A stretch of DNA of 32,000 nucleotides from an uncultured Erysipelotrichaceae bacterium. GTDB taxonomy: Bacteria > Bacillota_I > Bacilli_A > Erysipelotrichales > Erysipelotrichaceae. The stretch spans positions 1,260,001 through 1,292,000 of the forward strand of contig OW818653.1 of NCBI GenBank assembly GCA_942492995.1, given 5' to 3'. This document shows, one piece after another, positions 15,706 through 24,057 of this stretch. The translations under genes were made by a program, and so were the position numbers. The stretch's first letter is position 1. The number at the start of each line of letters is the position of its first letter. The notes beneath the pieces are model-generated. The model saw only the letters and a list, made by a program, of their open reading frames with translations. It was not told the origin of the DNA and searched no databases.

Positions 15706-16342
15706 GACTTACCTCTTTAAACACACTGTGTACTAAGTAATTTATCCCAAAGCTAATTATCAACAAACATATCCCAAGAATAAGTGCCGTTTGATAGTTC
15801 CCTTGATTTGTTTCTAATACAATAGCGGTTGTCATAACTCTCGTCTTAAAACGTATATTTCCACCTACCATCATTACAGCCCCAACCTCTGCCATTGCTC
15901 TACCAAAACCAATTAAGATTGATGCTAATATTCCATATTTCAACTCTTTAATGAGATAAACCATTTGTTTATAGTTGGATATATGTAAGCCATAACAGGT
16001 TTCTAGAAAACTTGATTTAATCGGAAGTACTAATGGATATACACTTGCGATGATAAGCGGGAGTACAATTAATATTTGCGCAATTATGATTGCGGTATGC
16101 GTATAGAGTAATTTTAATGAACCAAGTGGACCTGAATTGGATAATAGTAAAAATATCGTAATACCTGCTAATACAGGTGGAAGTCCTGCTAAACTCGATA
16201 TAAATGGACGTATTCTTAATACGCTCTTTTTAGTACTTTTACCAAGTAACAATCCTAACGGTACCCCAAAGAATGCCGCAATTGTGGTAGAGGTTAAGCA
16301 TATTAAAATTGAATTTACGATTATCTGAATAATTTCACTCAT
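15689..16342 (-). CDS. tupB: ABC transporter permease, tungstate-uptake type
   Basis: 217 aa and about 5-6 TM segments. Sits between the binding-protein and ATPase genes. Confidence 0.7.
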   Translation of the reverse strand: MSEIIQIIVNSILICLTSTTIAAFFGVPLGLLLGKSTKKSVLRIRPFISSLAGLPPVLAGITIFLLLSNSGPLGSLKLLYTHTAIIIAQILIVLPLIIASVYPLVLPIKSSFLETCYGLHISNYKQMVYLIKELKYGILASILIGFGRAMAEVGAVMMVGGNIRFKTRVMTTAIVLETNQGNYQTALILGICLLIISFGINYLVHSVFKEVSHDPMY

Positions 16343-16344
16343 GT

Positions 16345-17169
16345 TTATTCTGTAAAAAACAATGCTTGTTTATATGCTTCCTTTCCGAATTCACTAATCA
16401 AACCTAATGCTTTTTCACTTAACATCCATTCTTCAAACTTAAGTGCAGTTTCACTATCCACATTTTCAACTTTTTCAGGGTTAATTACGATGATTGAATA
16501 ATCATTCCGTAAATCTGGACTTTCACTCACAATTACATCTAAATCTAATTTATCTTGCATAGAAAGGAATGTGGCTAAATCAGTTAATGTGTAAGCTTGT
16601 TTCTCATTCGCCATGATTAATGTATTTCCCATTCCACTTCCACTTGATACATAGAAACTCGTATCGAGAGATAGTTCATCATAAATTAAATTAGTTGATT
16701 TCCAAATATTCTTTTCTTTACTATGTGTACCAGAATTATCACCTCGCGATACAAATAATGATTTAGTTTCATAAATCTTGAGAAATGCGTCTTTAGCGCT
16801 TAAATTTATGATTGTTGCTGGATCCGTGTTTGGACCTACGATCGCAAAGAAATTGTACATAAAGGTACTACGTTTTAATCCATATCCATCTTGTACAAAC
16901 GTATCTTCTGCGGCAGGTGAATGTACGAGCAATACATCCGCATCCCCTCTTTGTCCTGCTTCGATTGCGGCACCAGATCCAAGTGATACTACTTCAAGAT
17001 TGATATTCAAATCTTCTAGAATGTAAGGTCTTAAATATTCTATTAGTCCACTATCATTTACTGACGTAGTCGTTGTTAATCTCAGATTTGTCGGTTCTTC
17101 TTTTACAATTGTTTGAGTTGAGCATGCGGATAATAGTAATACGAGTAATAAACAAAAGATACGTTTCAT
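16345..17169 (-). CDS. tupA: Tungstate-binding lipoprotein TupA
   Basis: MKRIFCLLLVLLLSAC lipobox. LRLTTTTSVNDSGL (TupA TTTS signature) and SRGDNSGTH oxyanion-binding motifs. Start moved to ATG 17169. Confidence 0.75.
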   Translation of the reverse strand: MKRIFCLLLVLLLSACSTQTIVKEEPTNLRLTTTTSVNDSGLIEYLRPYILEDLNINLEVVSLGSGAAIEAGQRGDADVLLVHSPAAEDTFVQDGYGLKRSTFMYNFFAIVGPNTDPATIINLSAKDAFLKIYETKSLFVSRGDNSGTHSKEKNIWKSTNLIYDELSLDTSFYVSSGSGMGNTLIMANEKQAYTLTDLATFLSMQDKLDLDVIVSESPDLRNDYSIIVINPEKVENVDSETALKFEEWMLSEKALGLISEFGKEAYKQALFFTE

Positions 17170-17173
17170 TTTT

Positions 17174-17668
17174 TTAGTCCTTTCTGGCACATTCTTGTGC
17201 AGACCCAATTAATATATCTAACCCATGTTTTAATGGTTCGATAATATATAACAATGATTCTTCAACTGCTTTCGGACTTCCTGGTAATGTAATAATCAAT
17301 GTTTCATTACGAATACCAGATATTGCACGCGATAACATCGCCTTCTTAGTAATGGTCATACTATAGGCACGAATCGCCTCTGAAATCCCAGGTGTATTTT
17401 TATCTAATAAGGGTTGAAGAGCTTCAGGTGTAACATCCCTTACTGCGAATCCAGTACCACCAGAAATTAGCAATAAATCTACCTTTAATTCATCTGAACA
17501 ATGCTTAATCTCTCTTTGGAGATGTTCAACTTCATCTGGAACGATGACAGTATACTCAAGTTTAAACGGTTGATTAAACATACACTTTTCTATCGTTGGT
17601 ATTCCTCCGTCAACTCTTAAGTTTTGCGAACCTTTATCCGAAGAAATTATTATGGCATATCGATACAT
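17174..17668 (-). CDS. moaB: MoaB/MogA-family molybdopterin adenylyltransferase-like protein
   Basis: LLISGGTGFAVRDVTPEA and TLPGSPKAV motifs. Start moved to ATG 17668 (MYRYAIII), preceded by GGGAGG. Confidence 0.8.
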   Translation of the reverse strand: MYRYAIIISSDKGSQNLRVDGGIPTIEKCMFNQPFKLEYTVIVPDEVEHLQREIKHCSDELKVDLLLISGGTGFAVRDVTPEALQPLLDKNTPGISEAIRAYSMTITKKAMLSRAISGIRNETLIITLPGSPKAVEESLLYIIEPLKHGLDILIGSAQECARKD

Positions 17669-18093
17669 TTTATGACCTCCCATTGATCATTTGATTTAAC
17701 TATTCCTGAACTCAAACATTTTAGATAGATTGTATTTATTCTTAATGGACAATTTTCATGATTCCGCAAGTAGTTACACCCATCACTGATGTGACATCGT
17801 TTACCTATTTTAATTATTTTAAGTAATACGTCATTCTTTCGTATTGTATCCCCTACAGATAATCGAATATTCTGAGAATTATCATAGATAATATTCGCAT
17901 AGAAACTCTTCATGCATAATGCGTTATCTTGATTCATCTGATTATATGTATCCATATCAAGCATTAATATTTGATCATCATTATGATAATCTTCCAATAT
18001 ACCTGATTCTGTAAGTGTTAAACTCTCTCGATTAGATACATTATCTTTATTAATCCCAACATATAGAGCATGAATTCTAAATATTTCTGACAT
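17650..18093 (-). CDS. Divergent MOSC-like small protein (paralog of 14675-15109)
   Basis: IIKIGKRCHISDGCNYLRNHENCPLRINTIYLKC aligns with QIGKECHVGCEIRNLVGDCIMPREGIFARV of the other MOSC protein. The start is 18093 or 18114; both overlap the moaC 3' end. Confidence 0.5.
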   Translation of the reverse strand: MSEIFRIHALYVGINKDNVSNRESLTLTESGILEDYHNDDQILMLDMDTYNQMNQDNALCMKSFYANIIYDNSQNIRLSVGDTIRKNDVLLKIIKIGKRCHISDGCNYLRNHENCPLRINTIYLKCLSSGIVKSNDQWEVIKCIDMP

Positions 18094-18553
18094 AATGTCC
18101 AGATTTCCCACCAATCTTTTCGATTAAATAGATATCCGTTATATGCATCGAAGGATCCATTGATTTTGCCATATCATAGATTGTGAGCGCACAAATGCTT
18201 GCGCCTGTTAGAGCTTCCATTTCTACCCCTGTCTTCCCTTCACACGTTACTTTACAAACTACTCTTATCGAGAAATTTGTATCATCAGAATGAAAAAGAA
18301 TATTAATGCCTGTTAATAAAAGTGGATGGGCCATTGGGATTAATTCAGCTGTCTTCTTAACTGCTTGTATCCCACCAACTTGCGCAACAGATAGAACATC
18401 ACCTTTTTTCATTTGTTTGTTCATAATCGCATTATAGGTAATTTCGTTCATATGAATTACAGCTTGTGCACTCGCGGTTCTTGAAGTAACAGTCTTTTGT
18501 GTCACATCTACCATCTGACCATGCCCCTGTTCATTTATGTGTGTAAGTTTCAT
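18077..18553 (-). CDS. moaC: Cyclic pyranopterin monophosphate synthase MoaC
   Basis: 158 aa. GKTGVEMEALTGASICALTIYDMAKS is the MoaC signature. Confidence 0.9.
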   Translation of the reverse strand: MKLTHINEQGHGQMVDVTQKTVTSRTASAQAVIHMNEITYNAIMNKQMKKGDVLSVAQVGGIQAVKKTAELIPMAHPLLLTGINILFHSDDTNFSIRVVCKVTCEGKTGVEMEALTGASICALTIYDMAKSMDPSMHITDIYLIEKIGGKSGHYVRNI

Positions 18554-19513
18554 TTATCCTCCTATTTGACTCATTTGACGAACAATCATTTGATGTTCAT
18601 CGAGTAAATGTTTTTCTGGTTTAACTTGGTAAGCTTCAAGAATTAAAGGTAATATGTCTAAATTAGCTCGTAATGGAGTTTTTAAATCAATTTCAAGATC
18701 ACTGTGTAAACATGGTTTTAATTTACCATCTGGAGTTAATCTCAATCGATTACAATATGCACAGAAATTACATGACAATGGAGAGATTAGACCTACCTTG
18801 CCTCTTGCGCCATCTAATCGATAGTATCGAGCAGGAGATGAAGGATCATCTGATTTTACTGACTTTAGTTCAGGATGATGACTTATGATTAGTTCATTTG
18901 AATAAAAGTGCTTTTTAGCATATGCGACATTACTACCAATCGGCATTAGTTCAATGAAACGCACATCAACGCCCCAATCCTTTGTGAGTTGAATAAAATC
19001 AGTTATTTCATCATCATTGATTCCTCGATTAACGACACAATTTAACTTAACTTTAAGTCCTACATTTAATGCACTGTGTATTCCTTCCAACACATTACGT
19101 AATTGTCCACCACGGCTCATTAATTTATATCGGTCATGATTTAATGTGTCCAAACTGATATTTACACGATGTAACCCAGCTTCTTTTAATGGTTTTGCGA
19201 GCAATTTAAGAAGCACTCCATTGGTAGTCATTGCGATATCATCAAGTTGTTTTAGTTGAGCAACTTTTCGAACAAACTCAACCACATCTTTACGCACTAA
19301 AGGTTCTCCACCTGTAATACGTAATTTCTTTACACCTAAACCAACAAATTTTTCAATTACTGTATATAACTCTTCAAAACTTAGTATTTCTTCGTGTGGC
19401 ATCGATTCTACACCTTCTTCAGGCATACAATAGGTACAACGCAGATTACATCGATCTGTAATTGATACTCTCAGGTACGTTAAATCACGATTAAAACGAT
19501 CAAGCATATTCAA
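18554..19513 (-). CDS. moaA: GTP 3',8-cyclase MoaA (radical SAM)
   Basis: LRVSITDRCNLRCTYCMPEE (CxxxCxxC) and the C-terminal cluster CNFCAYCNRLRLTPDGKLKPCL. Confidence 0.95.
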   Translation of the reverse strand: MNMLDRFNRDLTYLRVSITDRCNLRCTYCMPEEGVESMPHEEILSFEELYTVIEKFVGLGVKKLRITGGEPLVRKDVVEFVRKVAQLKQLDDIAMTTNGVLLKLLAKPLKEAGLHRVNISLDTLNHDRYKLMSRGGQLRNVLEGIHSALNVGLKVKLNCVVNRGINDDEITDFIQLTKDWGVDVRFIELMPIGSNVAYAKKHFYSNELIISHHPELKSVKSDDPSSPARYYRLDGARGKVGLISPLSCNFCAYCNRLRLTPDGKLKPCLHSDLEIDLKTPLRANLDILPLILEAYQVKPEKHLLDEHQMIVRQMSQIGG

Positions 19514-21410
19514 TTACCTCCCCGCAGTTATGTGTATCATAACCACCTAATTCAAAACACTTATCTCTGAACTCATTTGATTTTAAACACTCTAAAAATA
19601 ACTTCATCATGTCAGTTTCAAGAAGTCCTTTACGACATACAAAATCATAGTCCTCTTCACCTAATGGAATAAAATCGCATCCCATTACGTTTGCGGCAGA
19701 ATAAACACCTAATCCACAATCTACTACACCATTTTGTACAGCCGCAGCGACTGCTAAATGTGTATTTAATTCTTTATCATATCCATTAATACTATTTGGA
19801 TTTATATTCTTTTTAGTTAGCCAATAATCAAGTAGAACGCGTGTTCCGGCACCGCGTTGTCGATTCACAAATCGATGATACACTAAATCTTCTATCGTAC
19901 ATATATTTAGTGGATTATCTTTTTTAACAATCAAACCCTGAATTCGTTTAACCCCTTTTATTAACACCATTTCTTCATCTTTGAATAGTTGTTTAATAGT
20001 ATCAATATTATAGGTTCCACTTTGATCAAGTAAGTGTGTCATTGCGATATGTGATTCTTTTCGTTTAAGTGCTAATAATCCAGCATAAGAACCTACATGT
20101 ACACTTGATATATGATAGTGCACATTATTTCTTTCTATCTGTTCTAATTGATTATTTAATACATCCATTACAAGATCATGTGATCCTATTGCCATCAGTG
20201 TATTTTGAATGGTTTGTATCGGTTTATTTAACCAAACCTCAATTCTTTCATTCGATTCTATGCCTTCACTATTCTTATCAATCATTGCGTATCCATCGCT
20301 CTTTACAACAGACATCATCATACCTGCACCACGAGCAAGCGGAGTTGCGATATATTTTCCATCTATATACCCAAGTTTTACACGGATGTATTCTTTACTC
20401 TTTAAACTTGATACGATTCTACGTGTACTTATCGCTTGAATAATCGATGTTTGTTTAACTGGATAATGATTTAATTTCAATAATAATGGTGTAACAAACT
20501 CTTCAAATACGATATGAGCACTAACAGGATAACCAGGAATTCCAATAACCGGTACATTTCCAATTCTGCCTAATATCGCAGGTTTACCTGGTTTTATGGA
20601 TAATCCATGGATGAATACTTCACCTAATTCTTTGATTACAGATGCGGTATAATCTTCTCTTCCCGCTGATGAACCTGCATTAATTAGTACTACGTCATAG
20701 TGTTCAGCCGCAGATTTTACCGCATTTAATAACTCATCATATACATCAGGAATAATCTTTAACGTTGTTGGGATTGAGAATGCTTCTTGTGCCAATCCCA
20801 TAAATAAATACGAATTAGATTCCACAATATCCCCAATATTTACTGAATCATACGCAGACCGTATTTCCGTTCCAGTTGGAATAATCGCTACACTAACTTG
20901 TTTATACACTTCAATATGGAGTTGATTAGCAGCCATAAGAACACTAATATCCATTGGACGTAACACATGTTCCATCGGAAATAAAAGTTCACCTTCTACA
21001 ATATCTTCACCAATTGGTCGCACATTTTCCCACGGGACAACTGATTTAATAATCTGTATCCCATTATCTGTTTCTATGCAATCTTCAACCATAATAACCG
21101 CATCATACGGATCAAGAATAGGATCACCCGTATCTACTTCGATATAGTCATTTACATTAATTAACAGTGGTCTATGTTCATTCGCATCAAATGTTACTCT
21201 CGAATTAATTGCGATTCCATCCATCGCTGAACTTGGATAAAATGGCACACTTCGTTTAGCATAAATTGGTTGCGAAAGTACACGATTTAGAGCGTTTCTA
21301 CTTTCCACAATTTCAATTTTGCGATCCAAATAAATATCTTCTAAGACTTGATTATAGTTTGCCTTAGCTATTTCTAAATCTGTAGACTTAAGATAAAAAG
21401 ATCGTTTCAT
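19500..21410 (-). CDS. moeA: MoeA (metal insertase) fused to a C-terminal periplasmic-binding-protein-like domain
   Basis: 636 aa. The N-terminal ~400 aa is MoeA-like (SAMDGIAI, IPTGTE, INAGSSAGREDY, GIPGYPVSAHIVF). The C-terminal ~230 aa (IGSHDL...NRQRGAGTRVLLD...CGLGV) resembles a type-2 PBP oxyanion-binding fold. Confidence 0.75.
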   Translation of the reverse strand: MKRSFYLKSTDLEIAKANYNQVLEDIYLDRKIEIVESRNALNRVLSQPIYAKRSVPFYPSSAMDGIAINSRVTFDANEHRPLLINVNDYIEVDTGDPILDPYDAVIMVEDCIETDNGIQIIKSVVPWENVRPIGEDIVEGELLFPMEHVLRPMDISVLMAANQLHIEVYKQVSVAIIPTGTEIRSAYDSVNIGDIVESNSYLFMGLAQEAFSIPTTLKIIPDVYDELLNAVKSAAEHYDVVLINAGSSAGREDYTASVIKELGEVFIHGLSIKPGKPAILGRIGNVPVIGIPGYPVSAHIVFEEFVTPLLLKLNHYPVKQTSIIQAISTRRIVSSLKSKEYIRVKLGYIDGKYIATPLARGAGMMMSVVKSDGYAMIDKNSEGIESNERIEVWLNKPIQTIQNTLMAIGSHDLVMDVLNNQLEQIERNNVHYHISSVHVGSYAGLLALKRKESHIAMTHLLDQSGTYNIDTIKQLFKDEEMVLIKGVKRIQGLIVKKDNPLNICTIEDLVYHRFVNRQRGAGTRVLLDYWLTKKNINPNSINGYDKELNTHLAVAAAVQNGVVDCGLGVYSAANVMGCDFIPLGEEDYDFVCRKGLLETDMMKLFLECLKSNEFRDKCFELGGYDTHNCGEVIEYA

Positions 21411-21425
21411 ACAATTCCCCCTTAA

Positions 21426-22649
21426 CTAAATTAATATGACATTTACTAATTCATCCTTTTTATATCCTTCTAAATTACCCGGTACGAAAAGATATGCGTT
21501 AGCCGACAATAATGTAGAAATTAAACCACTCTTTGTGTATACAATACGTGCTCTAGTACAATTATTTTCTTGGTAAACGGTTAAGAAGATAATCGTTTCT
21601 TTACCTTGAGATGAAATTACATTTGTGTCTATTTTTGCGAATATTGAGTTCGTGTTCTGTTCAAATACTTGTTGGAATGATGTTTTGAAAACTCTCTGGA
21701 ATATCGCAAATGCACTCACTGGATGACCAGGTAAACCGATAAGAAGACACTTACCAATAGAGCCTAAAATAGTTGGTTTCCCAGGCTTAACAGCTAAACC
21801 ATGCGACCACACAACATTTTTCCCTAACGATTCAAATATCTTAACCGTGTAATCTTTTTCACCTTGTGAACTCCCGCCACTTACAAATATCACATCAACT
21901 TCTTTACTTAAACGATTAATTGCTTTATTTAGTTGATCAAAATCATCTTGGATTAATAACGTAGAATGTACATTAATGTTTAATTCATTTAATTGAACAG
22001 TTAAAAGAGTTCCATTAATATCATGAACTTGACCTTTTTTTATGGATTGATTTATTGGAAACACTTCATCACCGGTAGAAATGATTGCGGCGTTTAATTT
22101 CGCATAAACTTCTACAGTATCAATTCCAACACCAGCACAAACACCAATAGCTTGAGTAGTTAGACGCTTACCCTTCTCAACAATTACCTGTTTGTAATTT
22201 ATATCTTCACCTGTTCGAATAACATTTTCATTACTCGCAATCGATTTATAAATAAGCACATCATTCGTATTGAATAATTCTGTATACTCAATCATTACAA
22301 CTGCGTCTGCACCTTCTGGCAACATTCCACCAGTTGGCACATATGCACATTCACCAGCATTAATTGTAATAAGTGCTTCTTGTCCCATCGCAATCTTATC
22401 AACACACTTCAGAATTGTTGGCAGTGATTCAGATGCGCCTTGTGTCTCTTTTGAGTGTACTGCATACCCATCTACAGTAGATCGTGTAAAGTTAGGAAGC
22501 ACTTCTGGACTGTATATCGGGGTTGAGACAATACGATTAAGTGCTTGTTCAATACAAATAATCTCGGTTTTACCAAGATGATATTTCTTTAAATGATTTT
22601 TACAATTCACTATAGCATTTTCGACAGTATCAACTTTTAATAGAGCCAT
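21426..22649 (-). CDS. moeA: Molybdopterin molybdenum/tungsten-transferase MoeA (stand-alone)
   Basis: 407 aa. STVDGYAV, VPTGGMLPEGADAVV, VSGGSSQGEKDY and GLPGHPVSAFAIF. Confidence 0.9.
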   Translation of the reverse strand: MALLKVDTVENAIVNCKNHLKKYHLGKTEIICIEQALNRIVSTPIYSPEVLPNFTRSTVDGYAVHSKETQGASESLPTILKCVDKIAMGQEALITINAGECAYVPTGGMLPEGADAVVMIEYTELFNTNDVLIYKSIASNENVIRTGEDINYKQVIVEKGKRLTTQAIGVCAGVGIDTVEVYAKLNAAIISTGDEVFPINQSIKKGQVHDINGTLLTVQLNELNINVHSTLLIQDDFDQLNKAINRLSKEVDVIFVSGGSSQGEKDYTVKIFESLGKNVVWSHGLAVKPGKPTILGSIGKCLLIGLPGHPVSAFAIFQRVFKTSFQQVFEQNTNSIFAKIDTNVISSQGKETIIFLTVYQENNCTRARIVYTKSGLISTLLSANAYLFVPGNLEGYKKDELVNVILI

Positions 22650-22711
22650 TTCAAATCAATTTTATGGTCATAAAAAAACACCAACACCTTTAAATCTAGT
22701 ATAGCACATTG

Positions 22712-22728
22712 AAATGTAAGCGCTTTAT
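22712..22728. promoter_or_regulatory. cre-like operator copy 1 (AAATGTAAGCGCTTTAT) in the divergent moeA / radical-SAM promoter region
   Basis: 17-mer identical to 23862-23878. The core ATGTAAGCGCTTTAT matches 9 of the 10 specified positions of the cre consensus WTGNAANCGNWNNCW. An extended -10 (TGcTATACT, minus strand, ~22697-22705) for the moeA operon lies just beside it. Confidence 0.5.
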
Positions 22729-22780
22729 TAAAAATGTGAAATATCTTGAGTCGATTAATGTTTTGCCCTATAGTAAGATT

Positions 22781-23848
22781 ATGATGAATTTACATATCAA
22801 TGATGATGTCCCAATAAATAAGATTTATCTAGAACTTACACAACGCTGTAATCTTCAATGTAAGAACTGTTTTAGACAGAATTGGACATTACCAGAAACA
22901 CAAATGTCGCAAGAGATTTTTGACAATATACGAAATAGTTTAAACGATATCCCAAGTTTAAAAGAGATTGTGTTAGGTGGAATTGGTGAACCTACGATAC
23001 ATCCTAAATTTGTGGAATGGGTTAAATTACTACCTAATGTTGAACTTAGTGTTACGACTAACGCCTATTATTGGAAAGACGAAACGATTCAATTACTAGC
23101 AGAACGATTTAACCGCATTGTAATTTCTGTCGATGGTTTAGAATCAACATTCTACAAAATACGTAGCTTTGAACTTTCTTTACTTGAACAAAATGTAAAA
23201 CGATTAATCCATATTCGTACATCACTTGGAAAGTATGAACCATTCTTAATTACACAAATTGTATTAAGTACAGACAATGTCGATGAGATTGAAGAACTAA
23301 TCCCAATACTCGCAAAGATGGGATTTATGAAGATTATTATATCTAACTTGTTACCTCAAAACGAGTTAGATAAAGATAAAATACTATACACTTTACATGA
23401 AAATCCAAGAATGACAAAACTTCGTACAACTTGGTTAAATAAAGCTTTATCCAATCAGATTCAAATAAAATTTCCAGCAATACAACTTAAAACAGAAAGA
23501 CGTTGTAACTTCGTACATGATGGAACGCTAACCATAAACAGTGATGGTAATATTGCGCCGTGTTATCGATTTGCACATCCATCCATCGAATATGCATTTG
23601 GTAGACGTAAACAAGTTTATCCTTTCCATTATGGTAATGTCCTTAATCAATCAATTAACGAGATTTGGTTTACACGTTTATATACCGATCTACGCCTGCA
23701 AAACATTCGCAATCGTTTCCCATCATGCCCAGATTGTGATCGGGTGGATTGTTGCGACTACATCAATGACTCACTTTGTGATTGTAGAGGACAGAATCCC
23801 TCATGTGCTGATTGTTTATGGACAAGAGATTTCATTCAATGCATATAA
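22781..23848 (+). CDS. Radical SAM/SPASM-domain maturase associated with tungsten-cofactor oxidoreductases
   Basis: LELTQRCNLQCKNC (CxxxCxxC) and GGIGEPT. The Cys-rich C-terminal SPASM-like region reads CYRF...CPDCDRVDCCDY...CDCRGQNPSCADC. It lies immediately upstream of aor. Start placed at ATG 22781 (MMNLHIN). The SD is weak, so the start is uncertain. Confidence 0.7.
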   Translation: MMNLHINDDVPINKIYLELTQRCNLQCKNCFRQNWTLPETQMSQEIFDNIRNSLNDIPSLKEIVLGGIGEPTIHPKFVEWVKLLPNVELSVTTNAYYWKDETIQLLAERFNRIVISVDGLESTFYKIRSFELSLLEQNVKRLIHIRTSLGKYEPFLITQIVLSTDNVDEIEELIPILAKMGFMKIIISNLLPQNELDKDKILYTLHENPRMTKLRTTWLNKALSNQIQIKFPAIQLKTERRCNFVHDGTLTINSDGNIAPCYRFAHPSIEYAFGRRKQVYPFHYGNVLNQSINEIWFTRLYTDLRLQNIRNRFPSCPDCDRVDCCDYINDSLCDCRGQNPSCADCLWTRDFIQCI

Positions 23849-23852
23849 GACC

Positions 23853-23881
23853 TTTACTTTAAAATGTAAGCGCTTTATAAT
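23853..23881 (+). promoter_or_regulatory. Sigma-A promoter of aor overlapped by cre-like operator copy 2 (23862-23878)
   Basis: TTTACT (23853-23858) - 17 nt - TATAAT (23876-23881). The 17-mer AAATGTAAGCGCTTTAT fills the spacer and runs into the -10. Confidence 0.6.
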
Positions 23882-23887
23882 TAAGTT

Positions 23888-24012
23888 AAGTTCCGAGTTA
23901 TTCACCTCAAAAGGCAAAATAACCGATGGGTTTTATTGGAAACGATAAAGCCTCCCACTCCTTGGAAAGGGACTGCATTTTTAAAATGCGGCCCTGTACA
24001 CCAACACATAAT
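23888..24012 (+). promoter_or_regulatory. Candidate Moco/Tuco (molybdenum/tungsten cofactor) riboswitch aptamer in the aor leader
   Basis: The ~170-nt leader contains blocks I recognise from the Moco RNA motif: CCGAG (23893-23897), AAAGCCTCC (23947-23955) and GGAAAGGG (23964-23971). Local hairpins: GTTATT/AATAAC (23897-23923), CCGAT/ATTGG (23923-23939), TCCC/GGGA (23953-23972). I could not run a covariance model. Confidence 0.55.
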
Positions 24013-24037
24013 ACAAGGGTCGCCCCTTGTTTTTTTA
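24013..24037 (+). terminator. Intrinsic terminator acting as the leader's expression platform, 20 nt before the aor SD
   Basis: CAAGGG (24014-24019) - TCGC - CCCTTG (24024-24029) followed by TTTTTTT. SD AAAGGAGGA at 24047-24055 and ATG at 24058. Confidence 0.75.
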
Positions 24038-24057
24038 TGTTTGACAAAGGAGGAAAT

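Noticed and set aside
23926-24057. N-terminal 44-codon extension of the AOR ORF given in the track (MGFIGNDKASHS...)
   Set aside because: It covers the riboswitch-like leader and an intrinsic terminator with a T7 tract, and it has no SD. ATG 24058 has AAAGGAGGA upstream and gives the canonical AOR N-terminus.
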